Source: a virus | Lineage: Duplodnaviria > Caudoviricetes | Length of the DNA: 64,000 nucleotides | IMG/VR virus record: IMGVR_UViG_3300028833_000053 | Direction: 5' to 3' (one strand) | Part shown: piece after piece, positions 61,617-64,000 of the stretch | Layout of the letters: every line of letters starts with the position of its first letter | Numbering within the stretch: position 1 is the first letter of the stretch | Notes under the pieces: model-generated | The model's database searches: none | Told to the model about the DNA's origin: nothing | Seen by the model: the letters and a program-made list of their open reading frames with translations, nothing else | Translations under genes and position numbers: made by a program

Positions 61617-62049
61617 CCATATACGAGACAAACGCCGCTTTTGAGAAGAAGTACAACTACCGCCTTGCGGAGAAATGTTGCTTGAACTGCCAGTGGGGAA
61701 ATCCAGAATACGAGGGTGAGGCGACTTGTTGCCACCCAGAACGTGAAGTGCCTGTTGAGGAAACCGGTGAGACCTACATTGACCGACACAACACATGCGA
61801 ATGCAATGTCTGCGATGCATGGGAGAAGAAAAAGGAAATCAAGAAATGAACACCGAGAATATCACAACCGTTGGGGAACTCATTGACGCTCTCAGGGGGA
61901 TTCCACAGAACATGCGGATTTGCGGTTCAAAGCCAAACGGGCATGACGAATACGATTGCGAGGAAAGACCTTTCTGGGTGAAGAGGTACTATGATGGAAC
62001 CGAAGATGGTGTCATCTACATTGGCATCGACTACAAGCACCCAAACTGA
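61613..62049 (+). other. Two small hypothetical genes (61613-61849 Cys-rich; 61846-62049)
   Basis: ATGA overlaps. Confidence 0.6.
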
Positions 62050-62523
62050 AAAGGCAAGGGCGTTTGTCTCTACAGTGAAGAAGCTGGCCGAGAGGCAAAA
62101 CCTAAACGTGTTCATAGTGACCGATGGAGCGTCCGCAACGTTGAACAAGGGAAACCGGGCCGTGAGGAACGCAAGGGAAGCACATATCAAATGGGAACTT
62201 GAACATGGGTTTGATCCAAACGAGGAATACTGAAATGGATGGAAAATACGAGAAGTTTGTGGTTATGTGGAACAAAGGCAACGTTCCTCCAAATGCGATG
62301 CCCTGGACGGGAATTCATCAGGTGATGGCGTTCATCCAAGAGAAGCTTGAAGAGGGTTGCAACGTCCAAGTCAAGCCATTTACCAGAGAGGAATGGGCGA
62401 ACAAGGGTAAATAAATTGAATTTATTTTACAAACCCCATTGACTTCCGATGGGGGATATGTTATACTGTAGGTGTTCTGAGGGAAAGAAGCCCCCTACGA
62501 GTGCTTCAACAGGAGTAGTCAAG

Positions 62524-63141
62524 ATGGAGAAGTTCGTTGCTGTGAAGGTTGTCAAGGGTCGCAAGTTCCGTGGCGAGGCGTATGACATTGGGGCGCGGGT
62601 CTACACGTCCACCTTCAACATCTGGGGTCATGGCAAGGGTGGCTGGCGTTCCTGCGAGTCCATCAAGCTGTGGTCTCCCGACAAGGGCTATGTCTGGTGC
62701 AACCCATCCTATCTGGAGGAGCGCGAGGTGGCTCCCGAGGTGGAGCAGGCCGACTACGCCAAGTATGTCGATTTCCTCTTTGAGGACACCCTCAAGTTCT
62801 GCCGTTCCCGCTCCGCTGGCAAGCCCGAGAGCGAGGTGATTCGCTTCGCCAGGGCCTGCATCCGCAAGCACCACCCGGAGATTCTCGCCCTTTTTGACGA
62901 GAAGAACGGCTACCACGAGGACGTTGCCACCGTGGTTCAGTCCACCCTTGACTGGGCGTTCAAACTGGGCTATTCCAACGCCAAGTGCGTCCGCATCGCG
63001 CTCAAGGCTCTGCGCAAGAAGGGCGTGTTCGACAGCCCCGCGTTTGTCCCCGCCTGGACGATTTACCTTGACCTCCGTGGTCTGGGACATCTCGTCACCA
63101 AGTATTTCGCAGACTATGGCATCGTGGATTGCGTTGCCTGA
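62524..63141 (+). CDS. Hypothetical protein
   Basis: Promoter TTGACT-17-TATACT at 62439; AGGAG RBS. Confidence 0.75.
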   Translation: MEKFVAVKVVKGRKFRGEAYDIGARVYTSTFNIWGHGKGGWRSCESIKLWSPDKGYVWCNPSYLEEREVAPEVEQADYAKYVDFLFEDTLKFCRSRSAGKPESEVIRFARACIRKHHPEILALFDEKNGYHEDVATVVQSTLDWAFKLGYSNAKCVRIALKALRKKGVFDSPAFVPAWTIYLDLRGLGHLVTKYFADYGIVDCVA

Positions 63142-63423
63142 TTGGTAAATGAAGAGGTATGAAAATAGTGAAGTGCATAAAAGGATTCTTTGGTTGGGTA
63201 TACAACAGCTTTGCCCGTATTGTGTTCATGACGGTGTTCCTTGCCGTTGAGGCGTTGTGGATTTGGTTCTTGTACAAGGTTGGAAAGTTTCTCGTACTTG
63301 GCTTGATAAGCTTGTTCTGAGGTCGAATTCCCATTGATATTACAAGGGAATTAAATGAAGATGGGTGATTGGATAATGCCAACCACCCGTTTTTATTGTT
63401 CTCAAACACCATTGATATTATTA

Positions 63424-63993
63424 TCAAATGGAACGTAGAAACCTGTCAACAGCGCCCTTCATCTTCATGAACTTTTCGGCCTGGTCATTTGGTAGCGTTT
63501 TCAACGCATTCTTGAACTGGTCAACTGCCCTTGACTCCACTATGAGACGGTTGGAGTCCACAAGGTACTCAATGGATTCAAGTATGCCATTCACGGCCTT
63601 GCTTTCCTGCTTTGCATCGCAGAACCTTCCAATAGAGGGGTCGCAAACAAGGTCAATCGTGATAAGCTGATAGTCCCCAACGTAGGTGTTGCCCTCTTCA
63701 TCCTCTTCCGGGTTCCCAAGTCCACGGGTGGAGAATCCCATTCTTGTGCCATATTGCAGCATTGAACCAACGATTGTTCCACAAGGGGTTCCGGGAATAC
63801 CTGCCTTGGGGTCTCCCTGCATGATGATGGCTTCACCCAAGAAGGTCTTTTCATCGTGCGGGTCTTGGTAGAACTTCGTGATTCTTGCGCAAACGCGGTC
63901 GGGATTGATGTTGATGTCATCTGGATGTTCAAGTTCACTTAACGCACGGTGGGCGTTGATAACCTCTTGAAACTTCTTGCACTCCTCCACCAT
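63424..63993 (-). CDS. Prohead core protease, T4 gp21 family (5' end outside the window)
   Basis: ALSELEHP; TPCG; GFSTRGLG; DLVCDPS. Confidence 0.93.
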   Translation of the reverse strand: MVEECKKFQEVINAHRALSELEHPDDININPDRVCARITKFYQDPHDEKTFLGEAIIMQGDPKAGIPGTPCGTIVGSMLQYGTRMGFSTRGLGNPEEDEEGNTYVGDYQLITIDLVCDPSIGRFCDAKQESKAVNGILESIEYLVDSNRLIVESRAVDQFKNALKTLPNDQAEKFMKMKGAVDRFLRSI

Positions 63994-64000
63994 TTCCTCA

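Noticed and set aside
1-64000. TGA or TAA recoding
   Set aside because: Both terminate well-defined genes, often with ATGA overlaps or downstream terminators

Overview
This is a 64-kb segment of a large T4-like (myovirus/jumbo) phage genome. Core genes include a gp41/DnaB-like helicase, a gp3-like tail protein, a gp21 prohead protease and GroEL. TAG is almost certainly a sense codon (probably Gln, code 15): 21 in-frame TAGs join ORF fragments into 8 coherent genes, mostly behind a putative late promoter (GTAAATA). A Ro60/TROVE gene is flanked by two promoter-driven Y-RNA-like genes. The segment also has an AT-rich restriction-modification island, several DNA methyltransferases and a long run of small early genes. 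The most unusual part is a ~14.6-kb RNA region (37.4-52.0 kb). It holds about 40 tRNAs covering all 20 amino acids and three homing-type endonucleases. It also holds about 20 non-canonical tRNA-like RNAs: circularly permuted YrlA-like, D-stem-less, extended-acceptor, large-insertion, GCA-ended, and CCA microhelix forms. Several large ORF-poor structured RNAs lie among them. The region is built like an rRNA operon, with boxA leaders and a 19-nt leader/trailer helix spanning 14.4 kb. All RNA structures were read by eye and no database searches were run.
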